Positions 1-8,917 of a stretch of 64,000 bases of DNA are shown here, one piece after another (the first letter of the stretch is position 1; every line of letters starts with the position of its first letter). Under the pieces are notes generated by a model. The model saw nothing but the letters and a program-made list of their open reading frames with translations. It had not been told where the DNA came from and ran no database searches. This DNA is from Candidatus Poribacteria bacterium. GTDB taxonomy: Bacteria; Poribacteria; WGA-4E; GCA-2687025. The position numbers and the translations under genes were made by a program. Where the stretch lies: NCBI GenBank assembly GCA_016866785.1, contig VGLH01000001.1, positions 7,356 through 71,355 of the forward strand, given 5' to 3'.

Positions 1-981
1 CAAGATCACCTTGCCGGCACGACCTGCTGCGAACAGCGCGAACGCGGCATCTGCCTCCAACAAGGACATCCGGTGTGTGATGAGCTTATCGACGCGCAAC
101 CCGCGACGGTACAGTGCCAGCATGTCGCCGTACTCAGCGTAGTGGTAGAACCAACTGCCCATCAGCGTCACGTCCTTGCGGATGAGGTCGCCGCTGGGGC
201 TGATCGGCACATCTCCCTGTTCGCCGACGGCGACGACGGTTCCCGCCTTGCCGACCAGTCTCAACGCCATCTTGAGCGTGTCGGGACGCGCGGCGGCTTC
301 GATGCATTTGTCGGCGAGCTCGCCCCGCGTCATCTCTGTGACCGCCGCGACGACATCGACTGAGCTTGGGTTGATCGTTTGGGCAGCGCCGCATTGACGG
401 GCGAGCTCGAGCCGATAGTCGTTGACGTCCACGGCGATCACCTCGGCTCCGAGGAATGACTGCATCAGGATATTGCCCAGTCCGATGGGCCCGGCTCCGA
501 AGACGCAGACGATGTCCCCGCCCCGCGTCCCGATCCGTCGGGCGACGTGGTAGGGAACCCCGATGCCGTCGCCGGTGAGCAGGACGCCCAGGTCGAAGGA
601 CACATCGTCGGGCAGACGGAGACAGACGTGCTCCGGGGCGGCGAGCCGTTCCGCGTGTGTGCCCGGGCAAGTCGTGCGCGCGTCGCAGTAGGTGTACTGA
701 CCCGCGTCACACCAACGGCATGCGCCGCAGCCCCACACGGCATGGACGCCGACCCGGTCACCGACCCGAAGCCTTCGGGAGACTCCGGCATCCACGACGA
801 TGCCCGACACCTCATGACCGCCGTTGAACGCCTGTTCATATGCCGCGCGGTAGCCGTGCATCTCGCTGCCGCAAATGCCGGACGCGCGGATCTCGATCAG
901 CGCCTCGCCGTTCGGTTGTGTGGGCTCTGGGAACTCCCGGACGGCGACGCGCCCGGACCCGAGCATTTGCACGCCGAGCAC
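1..981 (-). CDS. Zn-dependent alcohol dehydrogenase (MDR family). The C-terminus runs off the window start.
   Basis: Manual minus-strand translation gives ...GICGSEMHGYRAAYEQAFNGGHEVSGIVVDAG...CGACRWCDAGQYTYC...GAGPIGLG.... It has the GHE Zn motif, a Cys-rich structural Zn loop and a Rossmann GxGxxG. An AGGAGG lies 6 nt upstream of the GTG at 979-981. It is absent from the ORF track because it has no in-window stop. Confidence 0.8.
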   Translation of the reverse strand, partial: MLGVQMLGSGRVAVREFPEPTQPNGEALIEIRASGICGSEMHGYRAAYEQAFNGGHEVSGIVVDAGVSRRLRVGDRVGVHAVWGCGACRWCDAGQYTYCDARTTCPGTHAERLAAPEHVCLRLPDDVSFDLGVLLTGDGIGVPYHVARRIGTRGGDIVCVFGAGPIGLGNILMQSFLGAEVIAVDVNDYRLELARQCGAAQTINPSSVDVVAAVTEMTRGELADKCIEAAARPDTLKMALRLVGKAGTVVAVGEQGDVPISPSGDLIRKDVTLMGSWFYHYAEYGDMLALYRRGLRVDKLITHRMSLLEADAAFALFAAGRAGKVIL

Positions 982-1006
982 GGATCGCCTCCTGCCTATG
1001 GTAGAC

Positions 1007-1909
1007 CTATGGTAGACGCGCGCCGAAGACGCGGAGAGCGCCCGGAGCGACGCTGAGGCGAGCCGGCGTCATGCCGAGGAACTCGCCGTCTGCGTAGATC
1101 GGGCAGGCTTCCTCCGCCTCGAGCGTGAGTTCGCGTGTAGGCATCACTTCGACGCGCGGGTCCGACACATGGGAACCGCATATCACGCGCGGCATCAGCA
1201 TCAAGGCGCGGAAGGCACTCATACCACGGATCGCGCATACGTGAAACAGCGTGTCGTCGATGCGCGCCGAGGGCGCGATGCAGAAGACTCCGCCGTAGTT
1301 CGGCGTGTTGGCTGTCGCGCAGAGCAGGAGAGGGAGTTCGCGCGTACCGAAATCGCCGGACAGACGAGCTTCGCGGGGCATGTAGCGGAAGAGCTCGCGG
1401 ATCGTCGCCGTGACGTAGGTGGCTCCCGTGGGCCCGGCAGCGGCGCGCTCTTCGACGGCGCGACTCACCGCAGCGTCCACGCCGAACGTCGCCACGGTAC
1501 AGAAGAACCGATCCGACATCCTGCCGAGGTCGATGCGCGGCGGGTCTGACGCGCCTTTGAGGTCGCCGATGATCTGGGCGGCGAGTCGTTCAACGGGGAT
1601 GTGCAGCCCCAGCGCGCGTGCCAAGTCGTTGCCTCGACCGGCCGGGATGATGGTCAGAGCGGTCTCGGTATGGGCGAGAACATTGGCGACCGAGTGCACG
1701 GTTCCATCGCCGCCGCACACGATGAGACATCTCGCGGACCGTGACGCCACGTCGGCGGCGAGTTGCCGGGATTCGTCGGCGCTGTGGGTCTGAACCAGTT
1801 CCACCGGGAATGAGGCGTCGGCAAGTATCCGCGCCACGCGCATCGCGACCTGCGCCCCGCGACCCCTGCCGGAGCTCGGATTGACGATCAACGGAACCGC
1901 CGATGGCAT
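1007..1909 (-). CDS. Diacylglycerol-kinase catalytic-domain lipid kinase (YegS/DgkA-like)
   Basis: The ORF 1007..2089 contains the GGDGT motif and an NPSSGRG N-terminus. The Arg-rich 60-aa leader of the track ORF is implausible. I take the internal ATG (MPSAVPLIVNP) at 1907-1909 as the start. Confidence 0.65.
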   Translation of the reverse strand: MPSAVPLIVNPSSGRGRGAQVAMRVARILADASFPVELVQTHSADESRQLAADVASRSARCLIVCGGDGTVHSVANVLAHTETALTIIPAGRGNDLARALGLHIPVERLAAQIIGDLKGASDPPRIDLGRMSDRFFCTVATFGVDAAVSRAVEERAAAGPTGATYVTATIRELFRYMPREARLSGDFGTRELPLLLCATANTPNYGGVFCIAPSARIDDTLFHVCAIRGMSAFRALMLMPRVICGSHVSDPRVEVMPTRELTLEAEEACPIYADGEFLGMTPARLSVAPGALRVFGARLP

Positions 1910-1937
1910 GGCGAGCGCCTGTTCGCGTGCGTGAGGG

Positions 1938-3542
1938 CTACCGAACGTCGCACACGAATATCGGCGGCCAGTGGAAGTTCGTGATGCTCGCGTTCGACCC
2001 GACCACGCTCTGCGCCTTCTCCACGGCTTCTGGCATCGTCGCCGCCGTGTCGAAGCCCATGCGACGCGCCGCCTCGACTGCCCGAGCATCTTGGGGCTTG
2101 AGGACGATCACCTTCGCGAGGTGCTGTAGCGCGTGCGCGCCCCAGTACCACATGTACGCGCCGTGCACGCCGTGGAACGCGTAGCCGTGGCGGTACATCT
2201 CGAGGTACTTCGGGTTCGCGGCAAGCTCCGGTTCATAGCGCTCGTAGATCGTCTGCGGGTCGCGCGTTTCAGGCAGCACGCGCTCGAAGAGCTCGATGTA
2301 GGACGGGTGGTGCTCCGCGTGGAACTTGTACTCCATCGGATGCGCGAGGATCAGCACGCCGCCTTCCCGAACCAGTGGCTTGTTCCGGTACATGTTGAAC
2401 ATGTACCCCAGCATCAGGCAGTGGACGAGTAGCGGATTCAGGATGGAGTTGACGTTGTAGGGCCCGAGATACGGCGTTCCGGCGATCAGGATGTCGCACT
2501 GCCCATCGATGGGAACCAACTGCTGTCGGTAGATGTTATCGAGCGTCGAACGATGCACGGGATCCGTCTTGCCGGCTTGGACACTCGTCATCGCATACGA
2601 CGCGCGCATCGAGTGGAAGATCGACCGGATCAATCCTCGTGGCAGCGTTGCCGCCGAGATTCGGTTCGCGTGGAAGTTGATGCTGTCGAGCGCCGACCAG
2701 TCGTCCTCGCGCTTCTGAAGAAACGGGAAGATCGTGGGGAAGGTGCTCGTATTGAACGTCGTCTCGATGTGAAAGACGTTGAGATGCTCGTTGACGATGC
2801 GTCCCATCCGTCCGAGCGAGCTGTGCAACTGCGAGTGGCGCGGGTCCATCAGCGAGCGGGTGTGCGCCAACGTCTGCGGATTGTGGTGATGGTAGACGCT
2901 GCGATAGGAGGAGATGCCGGTGCTGAGCGACTTGTGCCCGCCGTCCATCGACGTCAGGTTCAAGTTGACGTAGATGACGAGGTCGGACTCGACGGCTCGC
3001 CGGTTCAGCTCGACGTGCTCGCCCTCTTCCGTGACGCCGAGGAGCTCCAGGTTCTCGTGGTCCTCGGAATCGTGGTTGTAGAGCCGTCCCGACGCGTGGA
3101 ACTGCGAGTAGACGCGAGCTCCCAGCATCGACTTGAGCTCCCCGGGCGTCATACGGCGATGGAGTCCGATCGCGCCGATCAAGTGGATGTCGTCGATCCC
3201 GACGGCGGCGAGCTTCTTCACGAGCAGTTCGATGGCGATCTGGCGAACGTCCGGCTTCGGCAGCGGAGGCAGCGTCAGCGAGATGTCGTCGAAGACGATG
3301 GTCACCTTCATTCCGGGGCGAAGCTGAGCCGAGAGCGGATCGCACTCCATCGGGTGTTCGGTGGCATTGTCGATTGCTTGGGCGACGTCGCGAATCCCCG
3401 GAAACGGCGGAGGGGGAAAGATGACACGCGTCCCTTTGGGAAGCCGCTCGAACAGGAACCCTTCGCCGTAGTGCAACAGGAACCGTTTCCGGTCGTCTTC
3501 GACGTACTCGACCAGATTGGAGCGATCCGGGTACGCGTCCAT
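1938..3542 (-). CDS. LarA-like (lactate racemase / DUF2088 family) protein, 534 aa
   Basis: ORF 1938..3542. Its length and overall composition are consistent with the nickel-pincer-dependent LarA family. The call rests on overall resemblance and is not motif-verified. Confidence 0.45.
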   Translation of the reverse strand: MDAYPDRSNLVEYVEDDRKRFLLHYGEGFLFERLPKGTRVIFPPPPFPGIRDVAQAIDNATEHPMECDPLSAQLRPGMKVTIVFDDISLTLPPLPKPDVRQIAIELLVKKLAAVGIDDIHLIGAIGLHRRMTPGELKSMLGARVYSQFHASGRLYNHDSEDHENLELLGVTEEGEHVELNRRAVESDLVIYVNLNLTSMDGGHKSLSTGISSYRSVYHHHNPQTLAHTRSLMDPRHSQLHSSLGRMGRIVNEHLNVFHIETTFNTSTFPTIFPFLQKREDDWSALDSINFHANRISAATLPRGLIRSIFHSMRASYAMTSVQAGKTDPVHRSTLDNIYRQQLVPIDGQCDILIAGTPYLGPYNVNSILNPLLVHCLMLGYMFNMYRNKPLVREGGVLILAHPMEYKFHAEHHPSYIELFERVLPETRDPQTIYERYEPELAANPKYLEMYRHGYAFHGVHGAYMWYWGAHALQHLAKVIVLKPQDARAVEAARRMGFDTAATMPEAVEKAQSVVGSNASITNFHWPPIFVCDVR

Positions 3543-3563
3543 GACGCCCTCTCTCGCCTGCCA

Positions 3564-4781
3564 TCAATCGCGCGGGAACTCGAAGACCGTCTTTACGGAG
3601 CCGTTGGGACCCGATGCGAGCGCCCCGCGAATCGCGTTCCGATAGTCCGCCAGCCGGTGTCTCGTGGTTACCAGAGACCCAAGCGGCGCGGCGCCCCGGC
3701 GCATGAGCTCCATTGCCAGGTCGAACGTCTTCACCGACCTCTCGTCGAGCTTCTCGACGCCGTAGGCGTACGCGCCTCGAACGGTAAGCTCTTTGTGCCA
3801 GATGTTGGTCCAATCGACGCCGCTCGCGATGCCCGGCATGCCGACGAGCGTGACGGAACCGCCGGATCGCGTCAAACGGATCGCGTCGTCGATACTCGAT
3901 GACGAGCCCACGCAGTCGAACGTGACATCGACGCCGCCCACCAGGACGGGCTTGCCGAGCTCCGGCTGGAACGTCAACGCTCCCGTCGCGTCCGGGATCG
4001 CTCGGTAGAGCCCGCTGCCCGTCGGCACGATATCCGTCGCTCCGAGCGTCCGAGCCCACTCCTGTTGATGCGGGTACTTCGCCGATGCGAGGACCCGGTT
4101 CCCGAAACCGAGCGCCCGGATCGCAGCGATGGTCAGCAGACCGATTGTGCCGCAACCGAGAACCAGTATGGTTGCCTCGGTCGGCAACGCGGTCCGTATC
4201 ACTGCGTGCAACGAGCAGGCGAAGGGCTCGATGAGAGCCGCCTCCTCGTCGGTCAGATCGTCGGGCACGGCGTAGAGCTGCGCCGGATGCGCGACGAAGG
4301 ATCGGCTCCATCCACCGCCCGTGTCGCGGCAGTAGCCGGTCTGGATGCCCGGCGCGATGCTGCCGCGCGTGATGTTCTCGCAGGTTCCCGTGTCGCCGCG
4401 CTCGCACGAAGGGCACACGAGCGAGATGCCGCGCACGGCGCAGTGCAGCGCCGGCTCGACGACGACGCGGGTCCCACTGGGAAGCCCATCGGTGCCCATC
4501 GCCAGCGTTCCGACCACCTCGTGCCCCAGCACGAACGGGAACGAGAGCAGCGGAGAGAAATAGGGACTTCCCTTGGCGGCGACGGTCGCCAGATCGGAGC
4601 CGCAGATGCCGCACAGACGTGTGTGGACCCGTACCCACTGGTCGTTCGGCAGCTTGGGCTCTGGCACGTCCCGGAGCCGTATGACGGCGGCATGGCTCGT
4701 GACGATGCCGGGCAACCGCCGGTACAGGGCTTTCACCGCCAAGTACCGCGGGACGCTCCGTACGTACTCGATCGCTTCCAA
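3564..4781 (-). CDS. Zn-dependent alcohol dehydrogenase (MDR family)
   Basis: It carries GICGSDL, GHEVVG and a structural-Zn Cys cluster (CPSCERGDTGTC) plus a Rossmann GCGTIGL motif. Confidence 0.8.
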   Translation of the reverse strand: MEAIEYVRSVPRYLAVKALYRRLPGIVTSHAAVIRLRDVPEPKLPNDQWVRVHTRLCGICGSDLATVAAKGSPYFSPLLSFPFVLGHEVVGTLAMGTDGLPSGTRVVVEPALHCAVRGISLVCPSCERGDTGTCENITRGSIAPGIQTGYCRDTGGGWSRSFVAHPAQLYAVPDDLTDEEAALIEPFACSLHAVIRTALPTEATILVLGCGTIGLLTIAAIRALGFGNRVLASAKYPHQQEWARTLGATDIVPTGSGLYRAIPDATGALTFQPELGKPVLVGGVDVTFDCVGSSSSIDDAIRLTRSGGSVTLVGMPGIASGVDWTNIWHKELTVRGAYAYGVEKLDERSVKTFDLAMELMRRGAAPLGSLVTTRHRLADYRNAIRGALASGPNGSVKTVFEFPRD

Positions 4782-4790
4782 CGCCCGCCC

Positions 4791-5858
4791 TCACTCGGGT
4801 CGATGCCACTTCCGCAGGGAGTCAGTCGCGGCGAGCGCCGCGTTCTGCCCGGATGCGAAAGCGGACGCGATGAGTTTCCGAGCTCCAGCCACAATATCCC
4901 CAGCCGCGTAGATCCCGGGCACCGGCTCGCCTGCGCTGTCCAGCACCTGGTTGTCGTCGTTGACGCACAACAGACCTTCTGCGTCGGTCTGGACATCCCA
5001 TCCGGCAAGGAATTGTGTGTTGGGATCGAGCCCCTCGTCGACGAAGAACCCGTGGTGGTGAACCTTCTCCCCGTCCGCCAACTCGAAGCCGATGAGATCG
5101 GTTCCCGTGCCAATGTGGCGCCGGATTTCGCGAGTATCGATGTGGATGCCTCGCTCGCTGATCTGAGTCAGCACGGGCTCAGACATGCCGTGAGGCCTGC
5201 CGTTGGTGTAGATCGTGATCTTGTCGGTGAAGTCCTGCGCGCCGACGGCAACGTCGTAGACGTAGTCTCCCACGCCGAGGATCGCGATCGACTCGTTCAC
5301 ATGGAGATGTCCGTCGCATCGGATGCAGACATGCCATCCGCGCTTGTTGCCGGCATATCGGAACACGGCGCGGAACCGTTGGTAGGCGCGCGTCGCGCTT
5401 TCGTCCGCTTCGATCTGGGGCCAGCGGTCCTCGAAACCGGATGCGATCACGACGCGACGGGCTGTGAAAGTGGCTGTCTCGGCCGGCGCAACTCCAAGCG
5501 GCTGACGAGAGACTTCGAGCTCGAACCCATGAGCGTGTCGTCGGAGTCCTACGACGACGCCAGCCATGGGGTCGATTCCCGCCTTCCGCACTTCGCCAGC
5601 GATCTCAATGTCTTTGACCGGACGGCTCCGCATCCACTCACGAAGTGCCTTGAGCAGCTTGGGACCCGTAATGCCGGCGAACACCGGAACGTCCTCGAAC
5701 TCGACGGACTTCGACCAGTAAGCGCGTCCCTTCCGGTTGCTGACTTCCCCGGCGTCCAGAACCAGCACGTGCCGCATCTGATGGCTCGCAGAGATGGCGG
5801 CTTGAGCTCCCGCCGGTCCCGCTCCGATCACGGCGACGTCGTACGCGTCGGCGTCCAT
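4791..5858 (-). CDS. FAD/NAD(P)-binding oxidoreductase (thioredoxin-reductase-like fold)
   Basis: The N-terminus has a dinucleotide fold (DVAVIGAGPAGAQAA). A second nucleotide motif is ILGVGDYVYDVAVG, and the C-terminal FAD motif is IYAAGDIVAG. Confidence 0.7.
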   Translation of the reverse strand: MDADAYDVAVIGAGPAGAQAAISASHQMRHVLVLDAGEVSNRKGRAYWSKSVEFEDVPVFAGITGPKLLKALREWMRSRPVKDIEIAGEVRKAGIDPMAGVVVGLRRHAHGFELEVSRQPLGVAPAETATFTARRVVIASGFEDRWPQIEADESATRAYQRFRAVFRYAGNKRGWHVCIRCDGHLHVNESIAILGVGDYVYDVAVGAQDFTDKITIYTNGRPHGMSEPVLTQISERGIHIDTREIRRHIGTGTDLIGFELADGEKVHHHGFFVDEGLDPNTQFLAGWDVQTDAEGLLCVNDDNQVLDSAGEPVPGIYAAGDIVAGARKLIASAFASGQNAALAATDSLRKWHRPE

Positions 5859-5883
5859 CGTCGTCCTCCGAGCTTAGCCGTGG

Positions 5884-6906
5884 TCATGAGCCGATCTTGA
5901 CTTCCACCGTGTGGTACCCGCCCGCGCCGGCTGGATACGGGTCCTCGTACTTCTCGCGCTGGACGGTTCCGTCCTTGCCGATGGCGCGCGCGAGGACCTT
6001 CGTCTTCTTCGCGCCCTGCGGGATCGTCCACTCGTACTGCCACAGCGACCACGTCAGAGGATCCGCGCTCGCCCATATCTCAGCCGCGTGCCAGGTCGAT
6101 CCCCCGTCCGTGCTCACTTCGACGCGCTGAATGCCGCCCATGCTGCCGCCGTCGAAGGCGGAGCCGCTGATCCGGTAGGAACCCGCCGGCAGCGTCGCGT
6201 CCTTCGTGGGCACATGAACGCGGGTCGCCGTCTTGACCGCCGCGACATCAGACCAACCGCGCGTCTCCCAGTACCCGTGGTACTCCTTGGCGACGATTTC
6301 GATATTGTTGATCCACTTCGGGCATTTCTGACCGTACTTCCCGGGGTTCAGGAGCCGCACCGGGTAGCCATGCTCGCGCGGAAGGTCCTCGCCATTCATC
6401 TTGAACGCGAGGATCGCGCGCGGGTGCATCGCGTCTTCAATCGGGATCGCCGTATGGTAGAGGTCTGCGCATCGGAACACCGCGCGTGTCGCCTGCTCAC
6501 GGATCCCAGCTTCCTTCAGCAGAACGCGTAGCGGGATGCCAGTCCACTCGGCGTTGCCGATCTGGTTGCCGCCGATGGGATCGCCGATGCAGGAGAGCGT
6601 GCGGTGCACCGTCGTCGACTCCGAAGCCTTGGCGAGAAGGTCGGGTAGGCGCACGATCTTGGGTTTCTGCACCAGTCCGTTGATGATCATGCGCCACTTC
6701 GACGCGTCGAGCGCTGGCGGGTTCCCGCTAGTGATGTCCTGAACGTAGAACTCGCGAGTGGGCGTCACCCACCGCGACGGCTCGACGCCCGCGCGCGCCC
6801 ACTGATCGGGGCTTCTGGTCGCGGCGTCGGCGGAATCGCCGAACACCGGCAGCAAAACACCGGCGGCGCTTACGGCAGACACCTTGAGGAATGTCCTGCG
6901 GTTCAT
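5884..6906 (-). CDS. Tat-secreted molybdopterin oxidoreductase of the sulfite-oxidase family
   Basis: It has a twin-arginine signal (MNRRTFLKVSAVSAAGVLL). The Mo-cofactor-binding domain carries a conserved Cys (LSCIGDPIGGN) and is followed by a C-terminal dimerisation-like domain. Confidence 0.7.
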   Translation of the reverse strand: MNRRTFLKVSAVSAAGVLLPVFGDSADAATRSPDQWARAGVEPSRWVTPTREFYVQDITSGNPPALDASKWRMIINGLVQKPKIVRLPDLLAKASESTTVHRTLSCIGDPIGGNQIGNAEWTGIPLRVLLKEAGIREQATRAVFRCADLYHTAIPIEDAMHPRAILAFKMNGEDLPREHGYPVRLLNPGKYGQKCPKWINNIEIVAKEYHGYWETRGWSDVAAVKTATRVHVPTKDATLPAGSYRISGSAFDGGSMGGIQRVEVSTDGGSTWHAAEIWASADPLTWSLWQYEWTIPQGAKKTKVLARAIGKDGTVQREKYEDPYPAGAGGYHTVEVKIGS

Positions 6907-6920
6907 GTCGTATCCTCCGC

Positions 6921-8177
6921 TCAGATCGTCGAATGGTCAGCCCGCTGGATGTCGCCGGTGACGATCACCTCGACACGGTCTCCAAGGGACGCTCCGCTGC
7001 CGTCGATGACCGCAAGTCCGTTTGCCAGCACGAGGGACTTCAATACTCCAGAACCTTGGGAACCCGTCGTCGTCGCTCTCAGTTCGCCATTCCTCTCAGT
7101 GAGAATGACGCGCATGAAGTTCGTTCTGCCGTGGGAGTCGTTCGTGACGGACTCGTCCATGATGGCGTAACGCGGGCTTCGGAACGGGTCCGACCGCCCC
7201 GCCATCTTGCGGAGCGCCGGACGGACGAACAGCTCGAAGACGACCATGGACGAGACGGGGTTCCCCGGCAGCGCGAAGACCGGCTTACCCAGCACTTCGC
7301 CGAACGCCTGCGGCTTGCCCGGCTTCATGGCGACGCGCCAGAACCGAAGCTCGCCCAGCGATTCGAGCACCGACTTGACGACATCGTAGTCGCCGACGCT
7401 CACGCCTCCGCTCGTTACCAGGGCGTCCGACTGGGCAACGGCTTCGCGGATCTTGTGTTCCACGACACTCGCGTCGTCGGTCGCGATCCCGAGGTCTAGC
7501 GGCTCGGCTCCCGCCTCGCGTATCTGTCCGATGAGCCCGTACCGGTTGCTGTCGCGGATCTTCCCTGGAAGCAGCGGCTGTCCGAGAGGCGTCAGCTCGT
7601 CGCCGGTCGAAATGACCGCCACGCGCGGCTTGCGGGCAACTAGCGGAAAGGGAACGTTGAGCGCCGCCAGCATCGCCAGTTCCGAAGGGCGCACGAGCTT
7701 GCCCTTGCGCAACACCGTGTCTCCACGACGCACGCTCTCCCCGGCGAACCGGACATTCTGGCGGGAGCGTGGTTCCTCGAACACATCGACCCAGTCCTCC
7801 CCGGATCGCGTGTGTTCGACCATCACGACGGCATCCGCGCCTTCCGGCATCATCGCGCCCGTCATGATTCGGCTCGCCGTGCCCTGAACCACTGCGACGT
7901 TCGGCGCGAAACCCGCCGGCAGCGACTCGACAACGCGCAGGCGAACCGGCGACCCCTCCGAGGCTCCCCGCAGATCGTCGACGCGAACGGCGAAGCCGTC
8001 CATCGCGGAGTTGTCGAACGGCGGATTGTCCTCGGTTGCGACGATGTCCTCGGCGAGTGCGTAGTCGAGGGCATCGAGAAGGGGCACGCGAACGGCTTCG
8101 AGCGGCGACAGCGACTCGAGCATCCGTTCCCGTGCTTCGGCTACGGTCAGCATCGGCTGTCTGTCACGCATGGTCAC
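6921..8177 (-). CDS. moeA: Molybdopterin molybdotransferase MoeA
   Basis: MoeA/gephyrin-E domain signatures are present (VISTGDEL, GGVSVGDYD, LPGNPVSS). The track start is a GTG at 8177. Internal starts at 8171 or 8153 are equally possible, and 8153 would remove the overlap with mobA. Confidence 0.8.
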   Translation of the reverse strand: MTMRDRQPMLTVAEARERMLESLSPLEAVRVPLLDALDYALAEDIVATEDNPPFDNSAMDGFAVRVDDLRGASEGSPVRLRVVESLPAGFAPNVAVVQGTASRIMTGAMMPEGADAVVMVEHTRSGEDWVDVFEEPRSRQNVRFAGESVRRGDTVLRKGKLVRPSELAMLAALNVPFPLVARKPRVAVISTGDELTPLGQPLLPGKIRDSNRYGLIGQIREAGAEPLDLGIATDDASVVEHKIREAVAQSDALVTSGGVSVGDYDVVKSVLESLGELRFWRVAMKPGKPQAFGEVLGKPVFALPGNPVSSMVVFELFVRPALRKMAGRSDPFRSPRYAIMDESVTNDSHGRTNFMRVILTERNGELRATTTGSQGSGVLKSLVLANGLAVIDGSGASLGDRVEVIVTGDIQRADHSTI

Positions 8178-8724
8178 GCTTTGCCATCAGGTCTCGCACT
8201 CGTTCCAGGTCAGCGGGCGTGTTGAGGTTCGTGAGAACGATGTCGTCGATTCCCACGCGCCGGAGCTCATCGGCGGTCACCGCACGGATTCGGGCGAACC
8301 TGGGCACGTCCTGCGCGGCGAGCAAACCCGAATCGACCATTCGTTGAATCGCCGGCAGCGCCGATCGAGCATACGCCGCACAGCAGGGCTCGTAACCTCG
8401 ATCCGTGCAGACCATCGCACCGTCGAAGCCATCTGCAGCCTGCGCAACCGCCCAGAGCGCTTCCGGCGTGAGGAACGGCATATCGCACGCGATCACCAGC
8501 GCCAGATCGTGCTGCATGACGCGTAGTGCCGTCGCGATGCCGCCGAGAACGCCCAACCCCGGCGCGTCGTCAGGAATGCAACGCGCCTCGGATTCCGGCA
8601 CGTCCCAACCGGCGGGCAACGCGCCGACGACTAGGACTTCGTCCGACGCGCCATTGAGCGTCTGCAACGCGCGGCCGCCGAGAGTCTGCGTTCCGAGCCG
8701 GATCAGAGCCTTGTCCGTGCCCAT
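8164..8724 (-). CDS. mobA: Molybdenum cofactor guanylyltransferase MobA. The start is uncertain.
   Basis: The sequence MGTDKALIRLG...ACDMPF matches MobA. The conserved N-terminal motif TTGVLLAGGRSRRMG is encoded in frame immediately upstream of the first ATG but has no canonical start. See the finding at 8725..8880. Confidence 0.7.
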   Translation of the reverse strand: MGTDKALIRLGTQTLGGRALQTLNGASDEVLVVGALPAGWDVPESEARCIPDDAPGLGVLGGIATALRVMQHDLALVIACDMPFLTPEALWAVAQAADGFDGAMVCTDRGYEPCCAAYARSALPAIQRMVDSGLLAAQDVPRFARIRAVTADELRRVGIDDIVLTNLNTPADLERVRDLMAKRDHA

Positions 8725-8917
8725 TCGGCGACTCCTGCCGCCAGCGAGGAGTACGCCGGTTGTGCGTCGATGCGGCTTCGCAGAGGGGCTCGACAGGACA
8801 GCTCTCCGGGGGCTCGATGCGTCGCGCGCGGCTTTGCCGGACGTGCTCGTTCGTGTAGAATCAGCGACACCGACAACTTAGCACCGTGGTCGGCGCCTAC
8901 ACAAGGGAGGCGCAGCC

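Noticed and set aside
2536-4809. 757-aa minus-strand ORF
   Set aside because: It is out of frame with the LarA-like and Zn-ADH genes on the same strand and overlaps both. It is Arg-rich with no domain. The ADH frame has clear catalytic motifs.
4065-5900. 611-aa plus-strand ORF
   Set aside because: It is antisense to the Zn-ADH and FAD-oxidoreductase genes. No motifs are present.
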